This document shows, in pieces, positions 17,193 through 24,851 of a DNA stretch of 32,000 bases; the first letter of the stretch is position 1, and every line of letters starts with the position of its first letter. The position numbers were made by a program, and so were the translations under genes. The stretch is from Candidatus Methanoperedens sp. (lineage in GTDB: Archaea; Halobacteriota; Methanosarcinia; Methanosarcinales; Methanoperedenaceae), in the NCBI GenBank assembly GCA_041494705.1, contig JBGQBI010000001.1, forward strand, positions 420,001 through 452,000. Direction: 5' to 3'. The notes below the pieces were generated by a model. It saw nothing but the letters and a program-made list of their open reading frames with translations. It searched no databases and was not told where the DNA came from.

Positions 17193-17280
17193 GGGTAGTT
17201 AAAAGGGCGTCAGGGTTAAAAATGGTTGTGGGAGCGGGGTGAAAGTGATGGTTTTGTTAGACAGGTCTGATATTAATAGT
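17185..17280 (-). repeat. Copy A of the duplicated mre11 promoter/5'UTR/first 8 nt
   Basis: It aligns with 18143..18237 at 80 of 96 positions (hand alignment, 1 gap). It includes the ATGAACTT of mre11, an identical GAGCGGGGTGAAAGT core and a TATA-like CTGATATTAATAGT. Confidence 0.8.
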
Positions 17281-17282
17281 CA

Positions 17283-18125
17283 TTATTTCAACTTCCTGGT
17301 TTCTTTTTTCCCTGTGATACTGATATAATTCTCTGAGCTTACCACTTTTCTTCCTGTTTTCTTCTCAAGTTCCTTTCTTGCATTTCCTGCAATCATGCCT
17401 CCCTCTTTTGAAGAGTCGAAACACTCATTGAATCCTTTTGAGTCCCTGGATTTAGTGATTTCTGTAGTAGATTTTTCCCCGAGCATGGTGAAAATCAATT
17501 CCAGGTCGTTCATATGGTCTCTCAGGTTCTGGTTTTTATTCATCGGGTCTAAGCTTTTTATTTTTCTATGTTCCTTGATTGACTTCCCGAAAATCGCTTT
17601 AGAAATCTCATTTGTAAGGATGGCAAAATCTCTTTTTTCGTCAACTCCTCTTTCTTTCCATTCATCCGTAAGTTCCTGCCTGATAGCAATCCCCCGCAGC
17701 CTTTTTTCTATCCAGTCTTCTGGATAACCTTTGAGTTCGTAATACTCTTTTGCCCTATCCTGCGCCAGTTCGGGATTTTCTATTTCCTGTATCCTTTCGT
17801 ATCCTACTTTTGCCAGCCATCTTTTGAAGGGTTCAGCTTTTTTTGAAGGGATGGACTGGATTATCCGGAACATTGATTCGGTGTTTGCGCAATCTGTTTC
17901 GTATTTTTTGCCGTCGGATGATGGCAATTTCAGTTGTACCCAAATTGGGGACAACTCAAGTTGTTTAAATTCCCTGTCCTTGAGTTTGCCCCAGTATTGT
18001 CGTGGCGTTGGACTATCTGTTAAAGCTTCCACAACATCAACAACCGAGAAATACCACTGGTTATCATGCCATGTTCGTCGTATTTTAGCTCCTTCGAAAA
18101 CTATCAGTGCGTCTTTTGAATCCAT
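17283..18125 (-). CDS. Bro-N domain protein with DinD-like C-terminal region (DNA-damage-inducible protein D family-like)
   Basis: The N-terminus (FEGAKIRRTWHDNQWYFSVVDVVEALT...YW) matches the Bro-N pattern. The C-terminal half (RDFAILTNEI...NQNLRDHMNDLELIFTMLGE...GNARKELEKKTG) parallels E. coli DinD as I recall it. Confidence 0.65.
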   Translation of the reverse strand: MDSKDALIVFEGAKIRRTWHDNQWYFSVVDVVEALTDSPTPRQYWGKLKDREFKQLELSPIWVQLKLPSSDGKKYETDCANTESMFRIIQSIPSKKAEPFKRWLAKVGYERIQEIENPELAQDRAKEYYELKGYPEDWIEKRLRGIAIRQELTDEWKERGVDEKRDFAILTNEISKAIFGKSIKEHRKIKSLDPMNKNQNLRDHMNDLELIFTMLGEKSTTEITKSRDSKGFNECFDSSKEGGMIAGNARKELEKKTGRKVVSSENYISITGKKETRKLK

Positions 18126-18142
18126 GTTATTTCCCCTTGTTA

Positions 18143-18237
18143 AAGTTCATGGATAGTAAAGAGGGCGTTATGGTTAAAAAGGGTTAGGAGAGCGGGGTGA
18201 AAGTAATGTTTTTGTGAGATATCTCTGATATTATAGT
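18143..18237 (-). repeat. Copy B of the duplicated mre11 promoter/5'UTR/first 8 nt, now driving the Bro-N/DinD-like gene
   Basis: See copy A. The minus-strand sense ends ATGAACTTTAACAAGGGGAAATAAC-ATG. This is a 7-codon mre11-derived mini-ORF (MNFNKGK*) followed 1 nt later by the Bro-N gene ATG. Confidence 0.8.
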
Positions 18238-18272
18238 TGAGAATCTAATTTTCCAAACATATTCCTTTAACA

Positions 18273-18304
18273 CTTCGCGTCCTTTGCGCCCTTTGTGGTG
18301 ATAC
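18273..18304 (-). repeat. Short intergenic repeat, inverted partner of 8911..8942
   Basis: The reverse complement GTATCACCACAAAGGGCGCAAAGGACGCGAAG aligns with GATATCACCGCAGAGGCGCAAAGTTCGCAAAG at roughly 25 of 31 positions by hand. Confidence 0.45.
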
Positions 18305-18368
18305 GCTCCCTGCTGAATGTCAAATCCAACCGCAACTTATTTTTAGTATAATCAAATAATATATCAGC

Positions 18369-18512
18369 ATGGACATACGGCAGTGTAAGAAAGGCTGTGT
18401 GGAATGCACGCCATGTGAAGATTGCGGAGCGCCTCAGTTCAATATAAATGTGGTATGTGGAAGCTGCTTAGGTTGCGAGACCCCGCACGTCGAAATGTAC
18501 GAGTGGAAATAG
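18369..18512 (+). CDS. Small cysteine-rich protein (47 aa, 8 Cys), not in the ORF track
   Basis: Hand translation gives MDIRQCKKGCVECTPCEDCGAPQFNINVVCGSCLGCETPHVEMYEWK*. The Cys spacing is Cx3Cx2Cx2Cx2C...Cx2Cx2C. An AT-rich TATA-like TTTTTAGTATAAT sits about 20-30 nt upstream of the ATG, consistent with a leaderless transcript. Confidence 0.4.
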   Translation: MDIRQCKKGCVECTPCEDCGAPQFNINVVCGSCLGCETPHVEMYEWK

Positions 18513-18562
18513 CTGGTATTTCATATTCGATTTCCAATCGATAGTCCTTAGAGCAGGCTACC

Positions 18563-18572
18563 TTTAATATAC
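18563..18572 (+). promoter_or_regulatory. TATA-box candidate for the trmY leader transcript
   Basis: TTTAATATAC is centred about 26 nt upstream of 18593. That position is the first ATG of the hairpin element, so a leaderless transcript is possible. Confidence 0.3.
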
Positions 18573-18590
18573 GTCACGACTTTTTTGCTC

Positions 18591-18809
18591 ACATGAAAAA
18601 CTTTAAGAAAGGTTTATCAAAAACTGTTGCGTCAGTTTACACCGCGAACACGTATGGCTTCGCCATACGTAAACCTTTAAGAAAGGTTTATCAAACGACA
18701 GGTATGCTTTGCATACCTGAACACCACGTAAACCGGGGTATCGGTTTACGTGGACACGCCCTCCCGAGGCGTGACTCGGGACGTCATAAAGGGGCGTAAC
18801 CCTTTATGA
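18591..18809 (+). repeat. Modular hairpin element, long copy, immediately upstream of and including the trmY start codon
   Basis: At least five perfect stem-loops, starting at 18650, 18670, 18699, 18725 and 18784. A 21-nt direct repeat CTTTAAGAAAGGTTTATCAAA occurs at 18601 and 18675. The 3' 56 nt are identical to the nurA-proximal copy. The tracked 68-aa ORF 18593..18799 lies wholly inside the element. Confidence 0.85.
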
Positions 18810-19390
18810 AAGACTTCATAATTATCGGTCATAAAGCAGTTACAGCTCCCTTTTCCCTGAATGACCTTCCCGGCGCAGCGGGACGCATGGACATCCTGTG
18901 CAGGTGTGTTAATGCCGCGCTATTTCTTTCCCATGACTTAAGAAGAGATATCCGCGTGTATCTTATCCTCAAGGGAGAACCTGCTCCGCCGAAGCTCATC
19001 CGTTTTGACGGCCTCGCAGTCAGGTATTTGAGCCCTGATGAGAGAAGCGCAGCCTCGCTTATAAAAAAAGCCCTTGAGAAGAATGCGCAGGACTTCTGGA
19101 CAGAATCCATGCCCGGGGTGAGCATCAGGAAAGGTGATTTTGGCGACCTTTTGAGTGAACTGAACAAGAAAATAACCTATCTGAGGGAAGACGGCGAGGA
19201 TGTGCGGGGAAAGAGCTTCGAAGAGCCATTGTTCGTTCTTGGCGACCATCTTGGCATGACCGATGATGAGGAGAAATTAATCGAGGGATATAAGAATGAG
19301 GTGGTGAGCGTGGGACCCCTTTCTCTGCATGCCGACCACTGCATCACCATATTGCATAATGAGATGGACAGGGTAGAGAAACATATTTAG
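18806..19390 (+). CDS. trmY: tRNA (pseudouridine54-N1)-methyltransferase TrmY (SPOUT, DUF358)
   Basis: FIIIGHKA...DLPGAAGRMDILCRCVNAALFLSH, then LGDHLGMT, then SLHADHCITILHNEMD, matching the TrmY family pattern. It sits adjacent to pus10. Confidence 0.8.
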   Translation: MKDFIIIGHKAVTAPFSLNDLPGAAGRMDILCRCVNAALFLSHDLRRDIRVYLILKGEPAPPKLIRFDGLAVRYLSPDERSAASLIKKALEKNAQDFWTESMPGVSIRKGDFGDLLSELNKKITYLREDGEDVRGKSFEEPLFVLGDHLGMTDDEEKLIEGYKNEVVSVGPLSLHADHCITILHNEMDRVEKHI

Positions 19391-19414
19391 AACACAGCGC
19401 ATATTGAGAGCCGG

Positions 19415-20650
19415 ATGACAATTCTTGATACGGCGCGCAAAATCCTGCATGAAGGTCCCATATGCGACCACTGCCTCGGGAGGCAATTCGCAAAACTCTC
19501 GACGGGATTAGGCAACGACCAGCGGGGAAAAGCATTAAGAATCACGCTTGCAATGCTAGCAGGCGCGGAAAAGGATGATACATTGCAGGAAGAGCTTGCA
19601 AAGAGCGCCCAAAACAAATGCTGGGTGTGCAATAACCTCTTTACCCATCTTGATTCATGGGCTGAAAAAGCAATTTTGGCGCTTTCTGATTATGAATATG
19701 ACAATTTCCTTGTAGGAACAAAAGTTACAGGCTTGTTAGCGGAGAATGAAGAAATCATCTGGGCTGAAAGCGGGACAACGTTTGCCGAGCCCCTTAAAAC
19801 AGAATTGAACCGGGAAGTCGGAAAACGTGTCGAAAAAATTACGGGCAAAAAGGCAAACCTCAAAAAACCGCAAATCGTGGCGCTTCTTGACCTTGAGAAT
19901 GATTCTGTAGACGTTGAAATAAATTCTTTGTACATATACGGCAGGTACAGGAAACTCGTTCGCGGGATTCCCCAGACCAGGTGGCCGTGCAGGGAATGCG
20001 GCGGAAAGGGCTGCGAGAGATGCGACAATACAGGAAAAATGTACCAGGAGTCGGTGGATGAACTTATCAAACCACATCTTATGGCTGCCGCGCGGAGCGA
20101 GGATACTGCTTTTCACGGCGCCGGGCGCGAGGACATAGACGCGCTGATGCTTGGTGACGGCAGGCCATTCGTGGTCGAGGCGAAGAAACCGCATGTGCGG
20201 AAGATAGACCTTGAAGCGCTCGGCAGAATGATAAACAGCAAAGCAGAGGGCAAAATCGAGGTACTTGGCCTTAAGTTCGTTGAAAGCGAAATCGTTGAAC
20301 AATTAAAATCCATGAAAGCCGATAAAGTGTACCGTCTTAAAATTGTACATGGCACAACAGAGGAAAAACTTAAATCATGCATTGACATATTAAGCGGGAC
20401 TATCATCAAACAGAAAACGCCCACCAGAGTGCTTCACAGGCGTGCCGACCTTGAACGGATGCGTAAAGTTCATTCGATTGATCTGGAATCATTTGAAATA
20501 AATACCGCAGTCCTCGTTGTCAATTGTGAAGGAGGGCTCTATGTCAAGGAACTGGTTTCTGGCGATGGCGGACGTACTGTACCCAGCGTTGCTTCACTGA
20601 TCGGAAGCGAGGCAAAGGTTATAGAACTTGAAGTGATAAAAGTAGGATAA
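19415..20650 (+). CDS. pus10: tRNA pseudouridine synthase Pus10
   Basis: An N-terminal zinc motif (CDHCLGRQF...CWVCNN), a second zinc motif (CRECGGKGCERCDNTG), the catalytic block FHGAGREDIDALMLGDGRPFVVE, and RVLHRR. Confidence 0.9.
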   Translation: MTILDTARKILHEGPICDHCLGRQFAKLSTGLGNDQRGKALRITLAMLAGAEKDDTLQEELAKSAQNKCWVCNNLFTHLDSWAEKAILALSDYEYDNFLVGTKVTGLLAENEEIIWAESGTTFAEPLKTELNREVGKRVEKITGKKANLKKPQIVALLDLENDSVDVEINSLYIYGRYRKLVRGIPQTRWPCRECGGKGCERCDNTGKMYQESVDELIKPHLMAAARSEDTAFHGAGREDIDALMLGDGRPFVVEAKKPHVRKIDLEALGRMINSKAEGKIEVLGLKFVESEIVEQLKSMKADKVYRLKIVHGTTEEKLKSCIDILSGTIIKQKTPTRVLHRRADLERMRKVHSIDLESFEINTAVLVVNCEGGLYVKELVSGDGGRTVPSVASLIGSEAKVIELEVIKVG

Positions 20651-20677
20651 AATAACACTTATATTCGGAGGAAAATT

Positions 20678-20968
20678 ATGGCAAAGACCCACGGAACAAG
20701 AAGGAAATCAAGGTATAAACTCAGGAAAACAGTAAGAGAGAAAGGATTATCTCCGATAAGCAGGGCGATTCAAGAATTCGTTGAGGGAGATATTGTTAAT
20801 ATAGATCTTGACCCTGGCATCCAGAACGGAATGCCTCACCCCAAGTTCCAGGGAAGAACAGGGAAAGTTGTGAGCCAGCGCGGCCGTGCCTATATAGTCA
20901 AAGTAAAAGACGGCGGACTCATGAAAGAAGTTATCATTCTGCCTGAACATTTGACCCCACAGAAATAA
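20678..20968 (+). CDS. rpl21e: 50S ribosomal protein L21e
   Basis: [13 protein letters not shown]...[10 protein letters not shown]...[13 protein letters not shown] is typical L21e. 96 aa, with GGAGGA upstream. Confidence 0.9.
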   Translation: MAKTHGTRRKSRYKLRKTVREKGLSPISRAIQEFVEGDIVNIDLDPGIQNGMPHPKFQGRTGKVVSQRGRAYIVKVKDGGLMKEVIILPEHLTPQK

Positions 20969-20978
20969 AGGGTGAAAT

Positions 20979-21332
20979 TTGATGATAGTTAAGCAGATTA
21001 TCAGTGAAGATATTATGACTCTTGGTGAGGTCAGGGAATTGCTTGATGAGGTAAAAAAAGAAAGGGAAAACGAGAGTAAGGAACTCGGGTATGAGCTTCG
21101 AAAAGCGATAGCCCATGCAGAAATATTCACCAAGCTTGATTCGAAAAATTCCCGTGAGTTAATGAACGAGCTTGTGAAGCTTGAGAAAATGAAACCTGAA
21201 ATAGCAGTCCGGATAGTGGATATTCTTCCACTGACAAATGACGAATTAAGGTCGATTTATGCAAAAGAGCGGTATACCCTCAGCGAGGCAGAACTGAAAC
21301 AAATCCTGGACTTAGTGGCAAAATACACCTGA
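20979..21332 (+). CDS. rpoF: DNA-directed RNA polymerase subunit Rpo4/F
   Basis: 117 aa, with a helical RpoF-like sequence (EVRELLDEVKKERE...ELGYELRKAIAHAE). It occupies the conserved archaeal position between L21e and DUF655/KsgA. Confidence 0.75.
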   Translation: MMIVKQIISEDIMTLGEVRELLDEVKKERENESKELGYELRKAIAHAEIFTKLDSKNSRELMNELVKLEKMKPEIAVRIVDILPLTNDELRSIYAKERYTLSEAELKQILDLVAKYT

Positions 21333-21414
21333 AGCCGGTTGTAAAGTATATATACATATATTCTAATAATATTGATTGTTTGAGCAAGTAGCTAGAAATT
21401 ACTGGTGGTGTTTG

Positions 21415-22005
21415 ATGATAACATTAGGGAAAAAACCGGAAAAAGAAGATATTGCATATATACTGGATTATTTGCCTTATGGGCGTTCAGACGATTCACG
21501 CCCGATGTACCAAAAAAAGCCTCTTGCCCAGGGAGTCGGAGAAAAACATTTTGTCCTGATGGAAATGGCGCCAAAAGAAAATGTCGCGCCGAAATCCCAG
21601 GATAAAGTGTATTTAGGCGAAGGCGACCGTCCCGTGATAGACCATGTTAAAAGGCGAATCACATTTAATGAACTCAGTCATGGCGCCCAGATGGAACTTC
21701 CTTTGGTCATAGAAAAAATAGTGCTTACAAACGAAAGCAGGTTTTTGTCTTTCTTCAATGATGCCTATCCGATAACAACACGCCTGCACATGCTTGAGCT
21801 GCTGCCCGGGATAGGGAAAAAACTGATGTGGGGAATTATAGAAGAAAAAAAGAAAGGAAAATTTGCAAGTTTTAAAGAACTCGTGGAAAGGGTAAAAGGT
21901 CTTCATGCGCCTGAGAAACTGATAGCTCACAGGGTACTTGACGAATTAAAGGATGAAACTATAAAATACCGTATTTTCACCACTCCGATGCCGCCTAAAA
22001 GATAA
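21415..22005 (+). CDS. DUF655-family putative RNA-binding protein
   Basis: ILDYLPYG...VLMEM and a C-terminal HhH-like LELLPGIGKKLMWGIIEE. I prefer the ATG at 21415 over the TTG at 21376. It is the conserved neighbour of ksgA in archaea. Confidence 0.7.
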   Translation: MITLGKKPEKEDIAYILDYLPYGRSDDSRPMYQKKPLAQGVGEKHFVLMEMAPKENVAPKSQDKVYLGEGDRPVIDHVKRRITFNELSHGAQMELPLVIEKIVLTNESRFLSFFNDAYPITTRLHMLELLPGIGKKLMWGIIEEKKKGKFASFKELVERVKGLHAPEKLIAHRVLDELKDETIKYRIFTTPMPPKR

Positions 22006-22769
22006 TGAAAAGGTATAAGAAAGACCAGCATTTTTTAGTGGATGAACGGGTTCTTGACAGGATAATCGAATACGGAAAATTAAATAGCTCCGACACTGTG
22101 CTTGAGATAGGAGCAGGCTACGGCAATCTCACCGGGAAACTTGCAGGGAAAGCAGGCAAGGTGGTAGCAATTGAAGTGGATGCCGAACTTGTTGCCTCTT
22201 CTGGCAAATGGGATAACGTGGAAGTCATAATAGGGGACGCGTTAAAAATAGAATTTCCGCCTTTTAATAAAGTAATATCTAATCTCCCGTATTCGATTTC
22301 TTCTCCCGTGACATTCAAACTGCTGGAGTGTAAATTTGAACTCGGGATTCTCATGTACCAGTATGAGTTTGCAAAGAGAATGGTCGCGTTGCCAGATAGC
22401 AAGGATTACGGCAGGCTCTCAATAGCAGTGCAGTATTATGCCGATGTTCAAATTCTGGAGGTCGTGCCAAAAAGCGCGTTCAGTTCCCCTCCCGAGGTCA
22501 ATTCTGCAATAATAAAACTCGTTCCGCACCCTCCGCCCTACGATGTTGTGGATGAGGGTTTTTTTATGAAATTTATAAAGGCTGCATTCTCCCAGAGAAG
22601 AAAGAAGCTCAGGAATGCTATAATCAATAACGCAGTCCCTCTTGGAATAAGGAATATGGATAATGCATTAAAGAAATTGCCGCCGGAAATCATTGACAGA
22701 AGGGCTGAAACACTCTCACCCCGGGAACTGGCAAAACTGGCTGACATCCTGCTTTATGAAAGGATTTAA
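22005..22769 (+). CDS. rsmA: 16S rRNA (adenine1518/1519-N6)-dimethyltransferase KsgA/Dim1
   Basis: QHFLVD, the SAM motif VLEIGAGYGNLT, NLPYSISS, and FSQRRKKL. Confidence 0.9.
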   Translation: MKRYKKDQHFLVDERVLDRIIEYGKLNSSDTVLEIGAGYGNLTGKLAGKAGKVVAIEVDAELVASSGKWDNVEVIIGDALKIEFPPFNKVISNLPYSISSPVTFKLLECKFELGILMYQYEFAKRMVALPDSKDYGRLSIAVQYYADVQILEVVPKSAFSSPPEVNSAIIKLVPHPPPYDVVDEGFFMKFIKAAFSQRRKKLRNAIINNAVPLGIRNMDNALKKLPPEIIDRRAETLSPRELAKLADILLYERI

Positions 22770-22975
22770 ATACTATGAATAATAATTATAGATTGGGGTG
22801 TCTGCAGTAAACTCATTTTCTATCCAGAAAATCGTCCTATCCTATCAAAAAAAAGCAGATACCTTTCTTTTTTTATAGGAATGGCTAGAACTTTATAAAA
22901 TGTAAATTAGAATAAAAACACCGGATACAAACAGTGGGAGAAAATCTAAATACTCATAAAAGCCGTGTGTATGCT

Positions 22976-23785
22976 ATGAAAATCGCCGTGGTGTTTGACA
23001 GCGCAGGAACACTGCTTCGCATGTATCGCGTGGCAAAGAACATACATACCGGAGAATATCTGGATGAGGTTGTATCAACTGAGCTTGTCGGAAAAAAACC
23101 ATATTGCGCTCTTCTTGTAATGCAGGTGGATTCTAATAAACTGGTTAACTGCCCGCCTGAAATGCTTATTTCGGATTTTATCAGGAAATACAAAATCGAT
23201 ATAGAGGTCGGTTGTTCGAGGGCACATGTGGATAAAGCCACTGCTATATCCGTGGTTGAAAATGACACCTCGGCTACTATGAAAGACTTGCAGGATGTAA
23301 TGGCGTCTGTCAAACGGAAGTGCAAGAATATTTTCTACATGGGTGTGGGATTGGTCATCGACACTGAAACAAAAAGCATCCGGTATGTCATTTGCACCGG
23401 GGGGAAAATTTATTCCAATTCCTGTTCTGTGATTCAGGTTCTCACAGAAAAGGGAATCGGGGTATATATCGCATCCGGCGACAGCATGCGAAACCTGAAA
23501 CCTCTGGCTGCGAATGTATGTGTACCGCTTGAATGCGTACATGAGATTTCCACGCCAAGGAAAAAAGAGGAGATTGTGAAGAGATTGAAACTGCAATACG
23601 ATAAGGTGATTATGGTGGGCGATGGGATTAATGACTTGCTTGCGATGCGCGCAGCGGATTTGGGGGTGCTTTCGATACAGCAGACCGGGAAGTGCCCGCC
23701 GCTTCTTTGCGAGGAGGCGGATGTGGTGATAAAGGATATTAAGGAGATAGTTGGGGTTATTGAAGAGAGGGTTCTCAGGATTTGA
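22976..23785 (+). CDS. HAD-superfamily hydrolase, soluble P-type-ATPase-like (COG4087-like)
   Basis: Motif I VVFDSAGT, SGDS, and MVGDGINDLLAMRAADLG, a P-type ATPase style motif. I prefer the ATG at 22976 over the upstream GTG at 22934. Confidence 0.7.
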   Translation: MKIAVVFDSAGTLLRMYRVAKNIHTGEYLDEVVSTELVGKKPYCALLVMQVDSNKLVNCPPEMLISDFIRKYKIDIEVGCSRAHVDKATAISVVENDTSATMKDLQDVMASVKRKCKNIFYMGVGLVIDTETKSIRYVICTGGKIYSNSCSVIQVLTEKGIGVYIASGDSMRNLKPLAANVCVPLECVHEISTPRKKEEIVKRLKLQYDKVIMVGDGINDLLAMRAADLGVLSIQQTGKCPPLLCEEADVVIKDIKEIVGVIEERVLRI

Positions 23786-23933
23786 TTAGCAAATCAACGA
23801 CCTCGCCGTAATCGGCGTGGCATCATAGAACTGGTGCATGAGGGTTTAGAATTCGATATAGTCTAGAATTATCTTCTTTTTCTGACGGCGCCGAAGATTG
23901 TTAAAAACAGGTTGATAAAAAAGATTTATTCCC

Positions 23934-24386
23934 TTAGATGCCAGTGGTTTTAGGGATGGCGATGGTTCCTCTTTTATTCCATGAAGGGCTGAATTTTTCT
24001 ATAAGAGTGTATTCTAATCCCCTAACTAAATCGATTTTCAAATTTTCATAATTATAGTTATTTGGTGGTTTAAGGGCATATATTTCAACTATCTTTCCTT
24101 GCTCCAAACATTTTTTAATTTTTTTAATAATTTCTAAACTGGTTCCAGTATTATTTTTTTGGTGGCTGGCTCTAGATGTGTATTTTTTCATGCGCTTATC
24201 CAAAGTTCTATTTTGACTGTCGCAAATGCCGATATATTCGATGATGTCATCGACAACAAAACAATAAATAACACGCTCATCTTTAAATCGACTCAAAATT
24301 GTTTCAACGCCACTAACGTATCTTCTTCCATTTAGTTGGCATCTTCCAGCTTTAATAAAGCCGTGTTTTATTAATTCACTATTCAT
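23934..24386 (-). CDS. GIY-YIG domain nuclease-like protein
   Basis: VIYCFVVDDIIEYIGICDSQNRTLDKRMKKY matches the GIY-(10-11)-YIG...R...Y pattern. A distal LEYTLIEKFSPSWN provides the Glu and Asn. The gene is strongly AT-rich. Confidence 0.6.
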   Translation of the reverse strand: MNSELIKHGFIKAGRCQLNGRRYVSGVETILSRFKDERVIYCFVVDDIIEYIGICDSQNRTLDKRMKKYTSRASHQKNNTGTSLEIIKKIKKCLEQGKIVEIYALKPPNNYNYENLKIDLVRGLEYTLIEKFSPSWNKRGTIAIPKTTGI

Positions 24387-24415
24387 AACTTCTTTACTCC
24401 AGATTATTCAATCTA

Positions 24416-24525
24416 GTGGAAAAGTATATAAATATTTTGTTTTATGTGGAAAAAATTTAAAATTAATTTGCTCATTGATATTGATAAGTGGAAAAAAAGC
24501 AAAGATATAAATATTTAGTGGAAAT
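24416..24525 (+). promoter_or_regulatory. Divergent promoter region with four phased GTGGAAA boxes flanking two TATA elements
   Basis: GTGGAAA(A/T) starts at 24416, 24446, 24488 and 24518, giving spacings of 30, 42 and 30 nt. ATATAAATATT(T) occurs at 24426..24437 and 24505..24516, each bracketed by a box pair. Confidence 0.55.
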
Positions 24526-24539
24526 AATAGTAAAAATAT

Positions 24540-24848
24540 ATGATGCAAATAAATCTAACTGGAGAAGTTGAAAAAACACTTCCTTTATTACGAAAAGTAG
24601 CGATATTGTATTTTAACAAGAAGGGCTACAAAACAAAAGAAAAAATTGGGAAAATGATTACTCCATTATTTGGGGAGAAAAATCCTCATGATAAAGAACT
24701 AGGATGGTTGCATTATTATACGGATTTCCTATGTGAAAATGGTCTTATGAGGAGAATAGAAAAATCAGGCGAAAAAGAACATGAATTTGAGCTAACAAAT
24801 GAAGGAATAAAGATTTTAGATATTTTGACTAAATTGAAAAAAATGTAA
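24540..24848 (+). CDS. Small putative winged-helix DNA-binding protein
   Basis: 102 aa. LCENGLMRRIEKSGEKEHEFELTNEGIKIL resembles a recognition helix plus wing of MarR/PadR-like wHTH proteins. It is divergent from the GIY-YIG gene. The assignment is weak. Confidence 0.4.
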   Translation: MMQINLTGEVEKTLPLLRKVAILYFNKKGYKTKEKIGKMITPLFGEKNPHDKELGWLHYYTDFLCENGLMRRIEKSGEKEHEFELTNEGIKILDILTKLKKM

Positions 24849-24851
24849 TAA

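Noticed and set aside
17193-17225. AAGGGCGT in the mre11 5'UTR resembles the GGGGCGTAACCC loop region of the hairpin element.
   Set aside because: Only about 8 nt are shared and no flanking module matches. That is too weak to claim membership of the same repeat family.
18296-18322. GGTGATAC ... CTGA looked like a C/D-box sRNA.
   Set aside because: The C box lacks the terminal GA of RUGAUGA. No C'/D' pair or terminal stem follows at the expected spacing.
18510-18512. The TAG stop of the small Cys-rich ORF as a possible pyrrolysine read-through.
   Set aside because: Read-through adds only 12 unremarkable codons before the next stop. No PYLIS-like context or methylamine-methyltransferase gene is present.
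18593-18799. Tracked 68-aa ORF treated as an ordinary protein-coding gene.
   Set aside because: It lies wholly within the hairpin repeat. Between the two copies, compensating 2-nt and 1-nt indels shift the frame across the AAACGA segment, so conservation there is at nucleotide and structure level, not amino-acid level. I keep it only as a possible leader or coupling ORF in the findings.
21376-21414. TTG-initiated N-terminal extension of the DUF655 gene (MFEQVARNYWWCL).
   Set aside because: The extension is hydrophobic and Trp-rich and looks unlike the family N-terminus. The in-frame ATG at 21415 gives the expected MITLGKKPE...ILDYLPYG start.
24416-24525. Repeated GTGGAAA units considered as a mini CRISPR or tandem repeat.
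   Set aside because: The units are only 7-8 nt, there are four copies, and they lie in a promoter-sized divergent intergenic region. That is far too short for CRISPR repeats and fits operator sites better.
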